From: Isurus oxyrinchus
Lineage: Eukaryota
Assembly (NCBI GenBank): GCA_026770705.1
Contig: JANJGN010000023.1
Span: forward strand, 5,766,001 to 5,830,000
Direction of reading: 5' to 3'
DNA: 64,000 nt
In this document: piece after piece, positions 50,965 to 64,000 of the stretch
Layout: each line of letters starts with the position of its first letter
Position numbering within the stretch: the first letter of the stretch is position 1
Position numbers and translations under genes: made by a program
The notes under the pieces: generated by a model
The model's input: only the letters and a program-made list of their open reading frames with translations
Database searches by the model: none
Told to the model about the DNA's origin: nothing

Positions 50965-51212
50965 CTGCTAATAAATACAGGAAGGTTTTTTTTTTATCCA
51001 TGCTGAATTATCTAACCCCCTTTTAAAATCCATTAAAAAAAATAGAATTTTGCACCATGAGTGTTGGAATATTCCCTTCCCCGGGGCCTCTCTGGACATT
51101 ATGTCAAAATGAAGGTATATTGTCCCAATCTGAATTGCTATTAATTATCATTTTCCTTTTCATTGTCTGACTATGTAACTTGTGTCTTGACGGCTGTGCT
51201 TCTAATTATCTG

Positions 51213-51297
51213 CACACACACACACACACACACACACAGAGACACACACATACACGCACACTTACACCAGATATGAACAGACACACACGCACATACA
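51213..51297 (+). repeat. (CA)n microsatellite in the HoxB5 intron
   Basis: Pure CA repeat at 51213-51238, then degenerate CA repeats. Confidence 0.9.
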
Positions 51298-51732
51298 TGC
51301 CCATACCTTTAAACAAATGTCTGAAATTGCAAGCAGATCCATGGAAAATGGGTCACAGCAACACTGACTGTCTAGGGTTGCTGCACAGTTCCCTTTGTTA
51401 TTATGCTGATCGTGCAGTACAAGTCTTAGCTTTCTATACACTAGGATCATGGATATCATACAATATTTACAATTTATCCGCATTAAATATAATTATTTTA
51501 ATATTTACTGAATTTTGTTGGTCAACTTGCGCATTATCTTTGCATACACGTAATAAAATTGTTGTTTAATGGTTTAAATTAAATTTGCGGAAAAATGTTT
51601 AGTTTAGTTTCTGTAGAGCAAAGAAACATAAATTGTTCATATTTTGTGTCACCTAGGTTGCACAATAGGACGCCATGAATTACCTGACCACAGAGCAATA
51701 TTTAGAGTGATAAACAGAAAATGAAAGTGTAC

Positions 51733-52267
51733 CATGGCCAATGTGCAGTTTTCTCATCCAAGGAAATATTTGTGGCTGCTGTTCTGGTGTTGTTGCTTGT
51801 GTTGGTTCTTGCTGTGCCCTGGGATGGTTGTTGTTGTTGGCTGGAGTGCCCTCTTCGGCATCCGAGGATGCTCCGGCCTCGTCCATTTCTGTAAAATTAC
51901 TTGCTGAACTAGAGGAGGTAGTCGGGTCGGATGGGGAACCCTTGACTCCGTGACTGTCCTTGCCGGAACAAGGAAGGGGTTCTGGAGATGAGAGGGTGCA
52001 GCTCGCTGCTTGCCTGAACCTGGTTTCTGTAGCTGGAGGATAGCTTCTGGACTTTTCTGTATTAACCACTCCAAAGTGGTTAGATGAGGCTGAACGGGTG
52101 ATGCTAAGGTCCATACCATTGTAGTTGTAGCCGTAAGTGCCTGAATGCATGGTGCCTGAATCCCTGTATGGTCCGTTCTCGGAGCTGCTCGTCCCATAAT
52201 TAAGTAACTGATAATCCGGGCCATTTTGATAGCGACCGGAGAATGAGTTTACAAAGTAAGAGCTCAT
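51733..52267 (-). CDS. hoxb5: Hox-B5 exon 1
   Basis: MSSYFVNSFSGRYQNGPDYQLLNYG...YGYNYNGMDLS...QIFPWMRKLH (SFSGRY and YQLLNY are B5/C5-type, not A5). Donor ATG|GTACAC. 535+251 nt gives 261 aa. Confidence 0.95.
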
Positions 52268-52299
52268 TTGGGTTTTTTTGGGTTGATTTGTGGTTGTTA

Positions 52300-52500
52300 G
52301 TCGTTATAACCCAGTCCTGCACGATTTATGATATATTAATGAATTATAGAAATGACTGTACTTCGTTCGCTTCTATGTATGCGGCCAAATATGGGGGGTG
52401 CGAGTCGGAATCACGTGCTTTTGTTGACCAGTCGTAAATTCTCACTGATGACCTCAAGGGGTAATTCATGCTCTATGGTTACAAATAATGACGATCCGAG
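52300..52500 (-). promoter_or_regulatory. Conserved Hox5 promoter/5' UTR block
   Basis: Dense Hox/Pbx-type motifs (TCATAAATCG, TTTACGAC, TAAT cores) and an E-box CACGTG at 52412-52417 directly upstream of the ATG. Confidence 0.6.
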
Positions 52501-52551
52501 AATCGTTACGCCATGTGAATGCAAGGTTCCAAATGGTGGCCAGGTTTGCAG

Positions 52552-52571
52552 AGTGCGCCACCTACTGGGCT
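52552..52571 (-). promoter_or_regulatory. CTCF motif at the Hox5|6 position
   Basis: CCAGTAGGTGGCGC (52555-52568) fits the CTCF core CCASYAGRKGGCRS at every position. Confidence 0.75.
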
Positions 52572-54675
52572 CCGTCTAAATTACACGAATTAAGGTTATT
52601 GCTTATCTATTAACATTGGTGTTATTATGTGAATAATAAAACAACAAAAGTTACCTTTTAGATTTACCTACCTCAAATCAATACCTTCCGGTATTGTATT
52701 ACAGTTTGCTACATATCTTATTTAACTTTTGACAGTGCAGTTGTTTAAAAGCGCTAAAAATCAAAAATGCTGAACGTAAAACGGCTATTCAATTATCTTG
52801 CAATTGAATTGGAAATCACGTTTTATAGCTATACTTGGAGTCGAGCAATTTATTTCGTTTTTTGACCAGATACATTTAAAAACAATTAACTTGCCATCCT
52901 TGACTAGTCAGTTAAATGCACACGTTCATCGACTTACGGTTGGTCCTGTCGATGTGCGCATTAGTATTTGCAAAATGTTATCGTTCCTGTGTGTTTGCGG
53001 GACTGAAATTCGTTCTAAATTGTTTGCGAATAAAGTAGGCTAGATTTTTTTTAAACTTTTGTCTTCAAAATGCACAGGCTCTTTCAAGAGCAGGGAAGGA
53101 CTAAATCTTAGAAAGTTCTAATCTGTACCATGGTGCACTCTATGGGCTGCGCGGATAGCACATTTCTTTCCATTACTATGCTTTGAAAGAGCCTACTTAA
53201 GAAAATAAACGTTTGAACTATCTTGTTCCACTTCCCCCATTCGGTGTTAATATGCTCATTTAAAAATTATCATGCAGTTATCCTGACTTAAATGCTAAAT
53301 GAACAATATTAATTGACATTCCGTAGACATGGATTTTTGTATGCAATACGCATAGCCCCACTATCGTTATACGATTTTTTACCGGATCCGCATAAGTCCT
53401 TTAGTACAACTCACCTCATAGAGGGTTCGGTGAATAATTAGCAGAGCGGCTTCAACATTTTTGGGGGCACAATGTTGTTTTACATTATGTGAGGAAGGCT
53501 TAAAGTTCTAATATGCACTATACCGAATGTGGTGGATTTTTGCGGATGTGCATTGTTATGGCTACAAGCCATTTATGCTCAACATCCCTTTTTTTAAGTG
53601 CTTTAATAAGACGATGGCATGACTGCGGTGTACATTTAGATAGACGTGTGCCGAGAAGGACATTCACTTGATTGTGCAACAGAAAATAAAATAACTGAAA
53701 CCAGAAAAAAACAGTTGTTAAGAGCCGCAATATCCTGCGCTTCCTTTCTGTAATAAACTGTTTGCGAATTTCAAAGATTTGCCTAGCATCATTAGCCAAT
53801 AATGTTTCTATAATCCAGTCTGATTTTTAGATGCGGGCAGTAAGCTGATTACTGGAATGAAATTTAAATTCGAAGGGAAATCATAGAGATAAATCAATTA
53901 CCAGAAATTCAATGAGGACTGTCAACTTTTTGTTTTGTGATAGATTACAATCTAGACTTAGATAAGCTGTGGAATAGCGATATTGAAAATGTAGTTTTTA
54001 TACCATGTATGTCAGTCAGATCATCACTTGGTTTCCATGCATGTTATGATTCTTAAATTGAAAAATACACACCTTTTTTTAAGAAAAACTTTTTATTATT
54101 ATTCCAGATAAGGATGTCTCGGTTTTTAAAATTTATCACGCATGCTACAGTCACATTAATTTAACAAAACACAAATAAAAAAATAACCTCTTACTCAATT
54201 TTTAAGACATTTGCTTTTATTTTCCTCGCTCCGTTACGAAAACAATCAAAATACAATATTTAGACCTCATTGTGTGATTTCCACAAGCACGCACACACAT
54301 TTCCACACACGCACGCGTACATAGATAAAATAAATCAAAAATAGTTGTTCACATTTCACAAAACATACACCATCATTAACTAGAGAGCTGAGACGAACGT
54401 CAAAAAAAAATCACAATATTGCAACAGCTCAATTGAGATGCAGAATTCATGGAGTTCTCCTAGTCTTTTTAAACTATTGACACCAATGTGAAACATTGCC
54501 TGCTTGGCTAGACCAAAGGAATGCATAACTTTATAATAAATCTCACAACAAATACAGAAATGTACAACTCCACTGGTGCGCAACAGCAAACAAAATGTAA
54601 ACTTTAATATTCATTATTCATTTTTTAATTAAAGAACTGCATAGCGTTCCCTTTTCTTTCTGTTTCTTCTTGTTT

Positions 54676-55107
<432 letters not shown>

Positions 55108-55565
55108 TTAAATTACTCAGTTTCATAATAAACTGTTTGATGAGCACCTTCGATCCGAAAACACTAAATAATGATTTCCATTCATGGTATGGTTACATTC
55201 TGTTCGATTAAGGCTTTATAACCGGTGGGCCTGTTGGCTGTACAGTAAAATCTTTATGAGAAGAAAAGTAACAGATCGTGCCTCATATTTAAAGGTCAGC
55301 ATTGCATTTTATATACATATACATATTAATCTCCTGTATCAAACGTCGAGTTTCAATGAATTATTCAGTATCTCAAAATATGCAGCAACTCATAATTTAA
55401 TGTGAAAGGTATTAAAGAAATAACCGAACGTTGAATTTTCTTTTCTAAGAAAGGGGTTTAAGGGTTTAGCTGCTCATCTCTTTCTTGCTAAGTTCATTGT
55501 AAACTTGCATTAAAAAGTTTTTTCCAACAAATATGTAAAACAAAAAGTATAAAGTGTAAACTTAC

Positions 55566-55998
55566 CACCACTGGAGTTCATTCTCTGCATCCAGGGGTAC
55601 ACGGGGAGCGAACTCTTCTGATCATCCGCCTCGCCATATAAAATTCTGTTTTGTGCACTCTCGAATTTGCGTTGTTCGGGGTTATAATGCGTTGGATCTT
55701 CCAGTGAGTGGTACTTGGAACTGTTGGAGGAGGCGCTGCATGAAGGGTCTTTTTCCCGATAAAAACTAGGGGCACCGTAATCACAGGGTGTCCGGTTGCA
55801 CCCGTATGCTCCGTTGGCTTGCTGGTAGTAAGAGGGTGACGGGTAGCTTTTATCCTGCATGCTTGTAGCCCCATATGTGGCCGGGTAGTGTCTTAAAGGG
55901 TCGTAACCGGATGAATATAACGGAATCTGCCCAAGGAATGACTCTTGCCCACTGGCAAGAGTCGCGGGGAAAGTGGAGTTCACAAAATACGAACTCAT
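55566..55998 (-). CDS. hoxb6: Hox-B6 coding exon 1
   Basis: MSSYFVNSTFPATLASGQESFLGQIPLYSSGYDPLRHYP...PVYPWMQRMNS (B6-type). Donor GTG|GTAAGT. 433+260 nt gives 230 aa. Confidence 0.95.
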
Positions 55999-58900
55999 TT
56001 GTTGGCTGTGCTCTGTTATGATTTGTTGTGTATTAGTCCAAGTGCCTGTGCTATTAGCAGTTAGCGAGATGGGTTTGATTCGGGATGGCCAAGTGCCAGA
56101 AAGGACAGCAGGAAATATAACCATCTGATCATCGACTGACCAATGGCAATACTGTTTGATAGGAAAATAGCACCCATGAGGGACTTATCCATGAATCAGA
56201 GACGCTAGCAGAAACCGGCACATGTGATGGGAAAAAGTCCCAAACATAGAGAGAAAAAAAATCAACAGAAACACATAACCTTCAGATTCACTCTGTACTG
56301 AAATGAATCAGATGTATAAGAATGCTTGAAGTTCTGCATCTGTTTAAGCGCTTGTGCAAACAGCTAAACAATTTGCCCACTCAAACTAAACAAACAAGCA
56401 AAATAAAACGCCACGCAGTATCCGTGGATTCAGATAATAACGCACTAAACACTTATTAACTCAATTTTATTGCTTTCTCCTTTTTCAATCGGAGGTCGGT
56501 TTTATGTTTCTTGCTGGTCTGGCTTGTAATATGATTGTGAAATTCAAGATGCATTCGGTACGTTTTACATATAAGATGTTTCCAGCAATATTTCCAGCTC
56601 TGGATAATATTCACCATAATAGTTTCGTTCGCATATTGTGCTGAATGTATAGAAATATCTCAGTGGCTTGTATATCATGCACTCCAGAGTTCCTGATAGT
56701 CGTTTGTTGTGCTTGTGTTACAGTTTTCTCTCTGTGTAAGAATGTGGTTCAGCGATGCGGTTTAACTTTGAGGCACCAGAAAAGGGGATCAAAACACGAA
56801 CTTTTAATCTTTAATTGAAACCACAAAACGAACGGAAGAAACTTTCCAAAAAGAAAAGGCAACTAAACCAAACACCCGAAAGGGAATCATCAGCGGAGTA
56901 GGACGCAGAACACTCACTGCGAGGAACCTCCAATTTTATATTTTAACATTTCCGGAATAACACCTGTGAAGAGCATGTTTAAAGAATGCTATAAAAGGCA
57001 AATACAGAACAATGCAGAAAATAGCTTAAAATTCATTAAAAGCCCAACCCGTTAGACAATTGCCGCCTTTGCAAAGTAAAACGTTAGTTGCGTCCAAAAG
57101 CAGCAAGAAGGACTTTCGCTGACTGAAGTGTGGAGATATGTAACTGTTTATCTCAGTGAGTACACAATTGATAGACTAGTTCCGTGTTTTTAACATATAG
57201 GTATGAATATTATTTAAAGTCAGTTGTGTTAAGTACTTCATAGATAGCTGGGCGATATTCAGGACTGCACGAGGTGGAAGCTCCTACATATTCAGATGGG
57301 TGCGCAGTACTTCAGATATCATTGAAAGTTTGTTCTTCCGATTTCTGTATTTCATATTATGTTGTACTTTTAAACTATGCCTTATATAAATAAAATATTT
57401 TGCATTGTAATATTTGAATTTCGTAACGTGTATTTGTTCAAATTTCAGCCGTTTTACGTTTACCGCTTTAGATTTACTTGTGAAATTCACCATACGGTAT
57501 TTATTTTAAAAAATATACATATACGTTGTGTCCGCCTGCGTGATTAGCGATTTCTTTAAAAAAATAATTTTAGCCATTTTCATTTTATATAAAAATGCAT
57601 AAATATATTTTGAATAGATATAATTATTTTACCATTTATAACTATTAAATGCTACAAGTGTCAGAGAGTTTGTGTTGGACTTTAAGGATTTATTTTTAGC
57701 AGTTCCTCTGGAAGGCATCACTTCCTGGTTTCAAACATCTGTTTCAAAGAATCATAAACTGATTAGTGAGCACATGGCAGAAATTAAAGAAAGACTCCTG
57801 TCTTGGTACTGGCTCATTTTCAGAAGCGGGGTTGTTTTCTTGTTCGAGAAACATGGTGGTTTGAGCATGGTGAGAGAGTATAATTAAAGGAGAAGTGGAT
57901 AAACTTTTTCCACCTGAGAGAGTCCCAGTTTGGAATTGCCTGTGAATGCGGCCAGTCCCTAGATTCAAACCAAGTGTCTCCAACGTAAAGCAGCTGCTTT
58001 TTAAAAAAAGTCATTGTTCTAATTTCCAAGGAAACTTTGAGCAGTGATAAGAAGGATTTGGATTCACTTTGCAATCTTTCAAAGAACATTAATATACGGG
58101 GGCAACCGATTCAGATCAGTTGCTATCTGATGTTTAGTTTATTTTGCTAAACCTTCCTTCTCTTCTTGCTTAGGCACTTGACCCCTAAGTACACATTTTT
58201 ATTGTAACTTTAAATTGATTTTATTTCACTTTTGCTTTTATTTTTAAAATGATTGATATTGCATGATATTATTGCCTTGAGCCTTGTAAATTAAAAGGGT
58301 GAGTTCCAATCAATGTACGTTTATTTTATTTATTCATAATTATGCAAAAAAAATAAATTCAAGAAAATAGATGTAGAGTTCTAAAGCCAGACGTGACAAA
58401 TATTGTAACTTTGACTTATTGGGAGCACAATTATTCCAATGTTGGGTTTCCAAGAAACGTAATAGTTGTCATTTAAACATGCATATGTTTCCATCTGAGT
58501 TTTAATTACTGAATAAGATATATTTTATAAAATAGAAAATTTTATATTTGCTCATTTCACCAAACGTTTTAGGTCTAAGTCTTAGTTAGATAGTCCTAAC
58601 CACCCTGACTATGTTCCCTTTTACTGACCATCGAAATCGCCATTTACTTTTGGTGTCAATTTCAACATACCTTTGTCAGGAAGAGGGTATAAAATCTTCT
58701 TTGAAAGGGTGGGAAGGTAAAATTAAATGGGGTGGTGGAAGTTCTGTGAATCGTGTTTATTGTTTATACGTCGGGACATTAAAGGCAGAAATTCGTTTGT
58801 AACCGGTCTGGTTACGCTACAAATGAAGGGTCATACACATAACAGAACTGACTTGCAGCATTGCTATCTGTCCAGGGATGCATAGCAAATTCGGGCCTTG

Positions 58901-60367
58901 CTAGCAATTTCCTGCTAATCGGATGTGGCCAGGAATTTACTCCTATGAGATCGGTTTGCACAGGAATTTTACAAGTCTCAGCTGCAGATTAATCTTGACA
59001 CAAAATTCGATTTCACCAATACCCTTTCGTCAACAGCATTTCTATTTAATAAGAATTGGCTACTATTAGAGAGTTTGGGATAGAGTCCCTGACCATCACA
59101 ATGCATTTACATTCGGACACATCTCTGCGTCAAGGTTACAGTGTATTGTATCTCTTCTTTTACATATACTCGGAGTTAATATTTTTCATTGAACAGAATC
59201 GCCAATGAAATAAAATCACAAACGTTCAAAGCTCGATTGTACTTAGCGCAATTGTTGCATTGAGAGAGACAGAAATAAAGGGAAAGCAAATATGTAACTT
59301 GATAAAAGAGCAATAATGAAAATCGCTGCGAGCTTAGAGATTTATTGATATGCACATATATATAATCCGCATGCACCCACACACACATTGACAATATACA
59401 TCATCGTTGCTCGTTTATGCAGCAAATTCTGCAGACAAAAAGCAGTTTATCCCCTTTGCTCCTTATTTTCCGACTTCCTCGGCCGATTGAAACGCAAGGT
59501 GGCAGCAGAGAGCAACAAATCCCGCCTCCTCACCCAGCAACCACCGCTACCCCCCCCACCCCTCCCCCCACCCCTCCCCAGCCCTCACCCCCCCAACAGC
59601 TAAAACGCTGATAGATTTATATTTTATCAATGCAGAACTACTGGGCCTCTTGGTTGCTAAACATTCTAAACCACGGTCAACTAAACGCCATCTTATATTA
59701 TATCATCGGACTGTTATCCACTAACAGTGTAAGCTGAAACCCTAATGCTGTCCAACAGAAAAAAAACAACTGTCGCATATTGTAAACGTTTGAATTTGTA
59801 ACTCCAGCATCAAGTGCTCGGCTTAGATCAAATTATTAACAATCGTGAAGCACAATGGAAGGAAATATTACTATTACAACACAAATAAAATACGTCAGTG
59901 CGTCAGCCTCGGTAACATTGCCCGTTCTAATTGCTGTTCTGGATAAGATTATTCACGTAATGAGCGACCCTCGAGAAAAGATTAACAATCGCGAAGCTCA
60001 TTTAACCTTACAATGTAGAAAAATTCGTCCCCGAACACAATTATAGGTTTGTCAACACACCACAACTATTCTGGATAACTGGTTCCCTAATTATATAACA
60101 GACCCGTGAAACAGAATCGCTTGCGGAAAAATAGCAATCCCAAAACTTGCGGTCTCCCAGTTAAATTGAAGAAATAACTTTCCACAGCTCATTCAAATTG
60201 CAGTCTCTAAACACAGATTCATTAGAATAAAATGCAACAAATATATTTTCTAACTGACGTCAACAAGTCCCTATTTTCTGTGATATCTTTCGCTGAAATT
60301 CTGGACAAAATCATTTGATACAATTATTAAAAATCAATTGGAAAATATGTCCTAACATTCGTCTTAC

Positions 60368-60820
60368 CTTTGCAACAGCTTCTGTGATTTTGTTTCGATC
60401 ATCCTTCTCTTACTTTGGAACCAGCGCGATTTTTTTTCACGAACAATATTGTCCCAAACTGATAGCCGTCGGTTAACCTGCGGCCGCAGACTAACCGGGG
60501 TTCATGTATCAGTCATTTACACGGAAATCGGAATTCGAGCCTCTTTGAAAAATGATATCATCCACATCATTGAGATTTGCGCCACTCCATCCATTGCTGA
60601 AATTCCCAATCGACAGACAAGTGGTAGATTGCAAAAAAAAGTCTTGTTTACTTTGTGTGCGTGTTTGTGTGTGTGTGTGTGTGTGTGTCTCTGTCTCTGC
60701 CTATGTGTGTGTTTGCACCTCCAATAGTAACTATCAAAGTTTGAAAAAAAAAACCTATAGAAGCCCTGAGGAGGACACAGGACCGACCCAAGGTACGGTG
60801 GCCAAAAGAATACTGCAATA
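60368..60820 (-). other. Putative distal non-coding first exon of HoxB6
   Basis: Begins just downstream of the 6|7 conserved promoter block and ends at donor GCAAAG|GTAAGA (60368). Internal blocks (GCAGTATTCTTTTGGCCACC...GGTCGG...TCAGGGCT; TTGGGACAATATT) resemble the mammalian HOXB6 5' UTR as I recall it. Confidence 0.55.
60654..60712 (+). repeat. (TG)n microsatellite
   Basis: Pure TG repeat at 60666-60688 with degenerate flanks. Confidence 0.9.
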
Positions 60821-60829
60821 TACTCACAT

Positions 60830-60990
60830 GGGAAATCATAAAAAGTTCATGTTCACGGTTGCTATCCACATGACCGGCAGCGGCCAATCGAAGGACCGAT
60901 CCACTCATAAAGTTCTATCACAAAGTTGTAAATTTTCATAAAACAACAAGGAATTTATTGCATTTCTTCATGACTACCAACAACAGCCCC
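60830..60990 (-). promoter_or_regulatory. Highly conserved Hox6|7 intergenic element (distal promoter block)
   Basis: Clustered TTTATGA/TTTACAA/GCAATAAA Hox-Cdx sites, a CCAAT box and an E-box. TCACAAAGTTGTAAATTTTCATAAAACAACAAGGAATTTATTGCATTTCTTCATG is recognisable as a conserved vertebrate Hox CNE. Confidence 0.7.
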
Positions 60991-62721
60991 CCTCGCCGCC
61001 ATGTTTTGTGCTAATGCAAAATGGTAAAAAGAATATTTTTATGAAATGTTTTCTTACAAAATGGCATTGTTTGCCTGGGTTATCTATTTTTATTACAAAC
61101 CATATTAAATAAGCCCCCCATTCTCTGCCTGCTTCCCATATTCGCCTCTTCTTTTCAACAAAAAGCAGGGTAGCTATAGAAACTTTTAAAAAAAATCGCT
61201 TTTGCGAAAATCAAATAGTCCTTTGACTTCTTCCTTTTCCGCGCCTTTGTTATTCGTGCGATTTACGTGAAACCGACAGAAACAGACGATGGGAATTATT
61301 AATTCAATTTGTCGTAAGTGAGTAAAATGTTCCGTTTAACGAAATTTACCTGGCTCGTTTTGAAAGCCGGTTTTCATAGTTTGAAAAATTATTAGCCCCA
61401 AATTAATTTTAATTCATGTTATCCTGATTTTTCTTTTTGGAGGAACAAAAGTTCATCGTTACTACCATAACATACGGATTTCCAGATCAAATCAGACGGA
61501 TTCACTCGTCCTATACACTCTAAATTGAAAAGGACAAGAGCGAAGATAAACCGACCTGAATCTCGGTGACCCTGCTTAATTGACCGGACTTACCGCCGCT
61601 ATTTACATGGCGCAATGCGCCTAAGAATATATTAAGAGAACTTTTAAATATTTTAACATCAGAACTAGTTAATTAATATATAAAAAAATTCAATCGTGTG
61701 TCTGTATGTGTCAAAATGCCCCTAACAATTTAATGTATTTTCATTGTGCGTTAGAGGAATATTTTCCTCGCTTTGCCACTGAAATATTTCATTGGCGAGC
61801 GACACATGTTAGATGCATAAAGGGCAGTTACGTACAATGCACATGTTAAATCCATCGTTTAATAGCAATTCTGCAACTGTTAAATTACTGAAATGTTCTT
61901 CCTTCTTATCCGACACTTAACCTGTCTACATTCTTTTCACAGAGTGCTGTAGCTTTATTTAGATAGGTTTCCAACTCTCACGAAAACGTTCGGGGTGGTT
62001 CCAGTGCCTTTGTTGCGTGGAATGGTTTAATCAGGAAAGCTGCTTTTGAAGGCTTGAGTGACTGGAGCACAAAACTCGAAATGAGTCCAAGAGAAAATAT
62101 TCCTTTAACTGGGTTGTTCTGATCGAGGAATTGGTCCTCACTCTTAAACTCTGTCTCTCGGCGTTATAGCTTTTCGTTGAGGGATAGATTATGATTCTTA
62201 CTGTCTGTGTGTGTGTCGCAAAAAACATCAACTTTAATAGAAAAACACAATAACGAAAAAAAAATCCTAATTTTATTTCACAGAACAGTTTACATCCTTC
62301 ATAACTAAAGCGCGAAATTTCAACTGAGCAAACATAATGGTCCATATTTAAATAGCAAAAAATGTACAGAGAAGTTACACTCAATACTTCCACCAGAACA
62401 CCATTTTATATATTTAACTATAACAGGAGTTTATACGGGACACATGTCAATAATCTGTACACGGGTTGGGGTTACACACATCTCCTTTTGGAAACTATTC
62501 TTAATGACAAGAAATTACATCAATACAGTAACAAATATAAAGTCACTGACATTGTTTTCCTTTAAATACACCGGATAAAGCAAAGCTAATTACAGTAACA
62601 CAGTTCACCACATCAAAAGAGCTAACGCACAGACTATATATAACTGTACTTGTACAATATAGATTTGGGTTATTCCCTCTAATCTGTACAAAACAAACTA
62701 CAAGTAAAACTGTTACAGATT

Positions 62722-62737
62722 TAGGTAGTATTCTGTT
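62722..62737 (-). promoter_or_regulatory. miR-196 8mer target site in the HoxB7 3' UTR
   Basis: The mRNA strand reads ACUACCUA (62722-62729), with extra complementarity to miR-196 nt 13-16 (UGUU). Confidence 0.75.
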
Positions 62738-62839
62738 TCAGTGTTAAGAAATGAGGAACAACTTGTTCCATTTGTTCAAAAAAGTCTTCTAAGTTTATGC
62801 TTCTTTTTGAGTTTTTAGAAGTTTGTTTTTCTCCCCCCT

Positions 62840-63133
<294 letters not shown>

Positions 63134-64000
63134 TCACAAACAATGCAGCATTAGCCCTCTAAAAATTCAGCATTGTTCATTCTTACACTACTTTTGCCAC
63201 TAATTTCAACATAATACCCAGAATATCCCCCTGACAGATACACTAAATTAGTGTCAGAAACTGATTACAATCAATATTAAAGTTTATATCAATGCTTGAT
63301 AAAGAAAGACAGAGGATGACGCTGTACAGGGAAGTATCTAAATTGTTTACACAGCACTTACAGGCCTGAAACAACTGTCATGTAATGAAACTCAAAAGCA
63401 TATTGACTCTAATTTTCTATTTAACTGTTATTTTGAAACAAGAATGCTTGTATTAGTTTCACAACTAGAATCTATTGATAGATGATCATTGTCCTACATC
63501 CTCGCTGCAGTCTGCATTTGGTGAATTAATGTTATGTAACCTGAAACTGACAGGTAGTTAGAAAATTGATACTGCGATTTGTTTGAAAGCACAGCTTGGT
63601 TCACTTTGTCTGCACAGTTGTGCAGGAAAGCACCAATTTCCAAATTCAGTAAACAGTCCGCAACTTTGCGCTTCGCCAACATTCGGGAGAAAATAATGCA
63701 AATGTGGAGCAGGCACTGAAATAAGCCTCTCACTTGCCTGGTTGGAAAGAGCTACTAAGATGGGAGAATTGTCTAAGGTCTCCCCACCACCCCACTCCCC
63801 CCTCCCCCTCACCCCTCCGCCACCCCCCCGCCCCCGACTTCCCTCTTTACCTTACATGTTACACAAGTACAAACTGCCGCATTGGTTTGACTGGGGCCAA
63901 CACAACGGTAGGCTGCGCATTTAAGTAATTCCCACTGAACTGAAATATCTTTATAAATATTTAATGCTAGTTTTGCGCACTTTTTGGAGCCTCCATTTGT

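Noticed and set aside
51180-51569. 129-aa plus-strand ORF, considered as a HOXB-AS3-type micropeptide
   Set aside because: Driven by the CA microsatellite (HT repeats); no similarity I can support. The same applies to ORFs at 60449-60941.

Overview
Vertebrate genomic DNA holding the anterior/central part of a HoxB cluster, all on the minus strand. In window order: HoxB1 (exon 1, cut by the left edge), HoxB2, HoxB3, HoxB4, miR-10 (miR-10a type), HoxB5, HoxB6 and the homeobox exon of HoxB7 (exon 1 lies beyond 64000). I rebuilt the exons from GT/AG sites; all five complete genes splice in phase 1 into intact ORFs. B-cluster identity rests on protein signatures (B1, B5 and B6 termini), the Hoxb1 autoregulatory element, the Hoxb2 r4 element and the miR-10a sequence. 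The AT-rich compact spacing and ancestral-looking proteins suggest a non-teleost fish, probably a chondrichthyan (inference). Known regulatory modules are readable: three DR5 RAREs, the Hox4 CR3 and HB-1 elements, and Krox20, Pbx/Hox and Meis sites. The most notable observations are (1) a same-orientation E-box/10-12 bp/CCAAT module in front of B1-B6 and at two orphan sites that look like distal promoters, (2) a strong CTCF motif at the B5|B6 position, (3) a Hoxa2-style Pbx/Hox cluster in the HoxB2 intron, (4) miR-10 and miR-196 target sites, and (5) loss of the first HoxB4 ATG and a Y11F change in the HoxB5 homeodomain. I found no support for an unrelated novel protein-coding system. Comparisons with mouse, human and zebrafish elements are from memory and need alignment.
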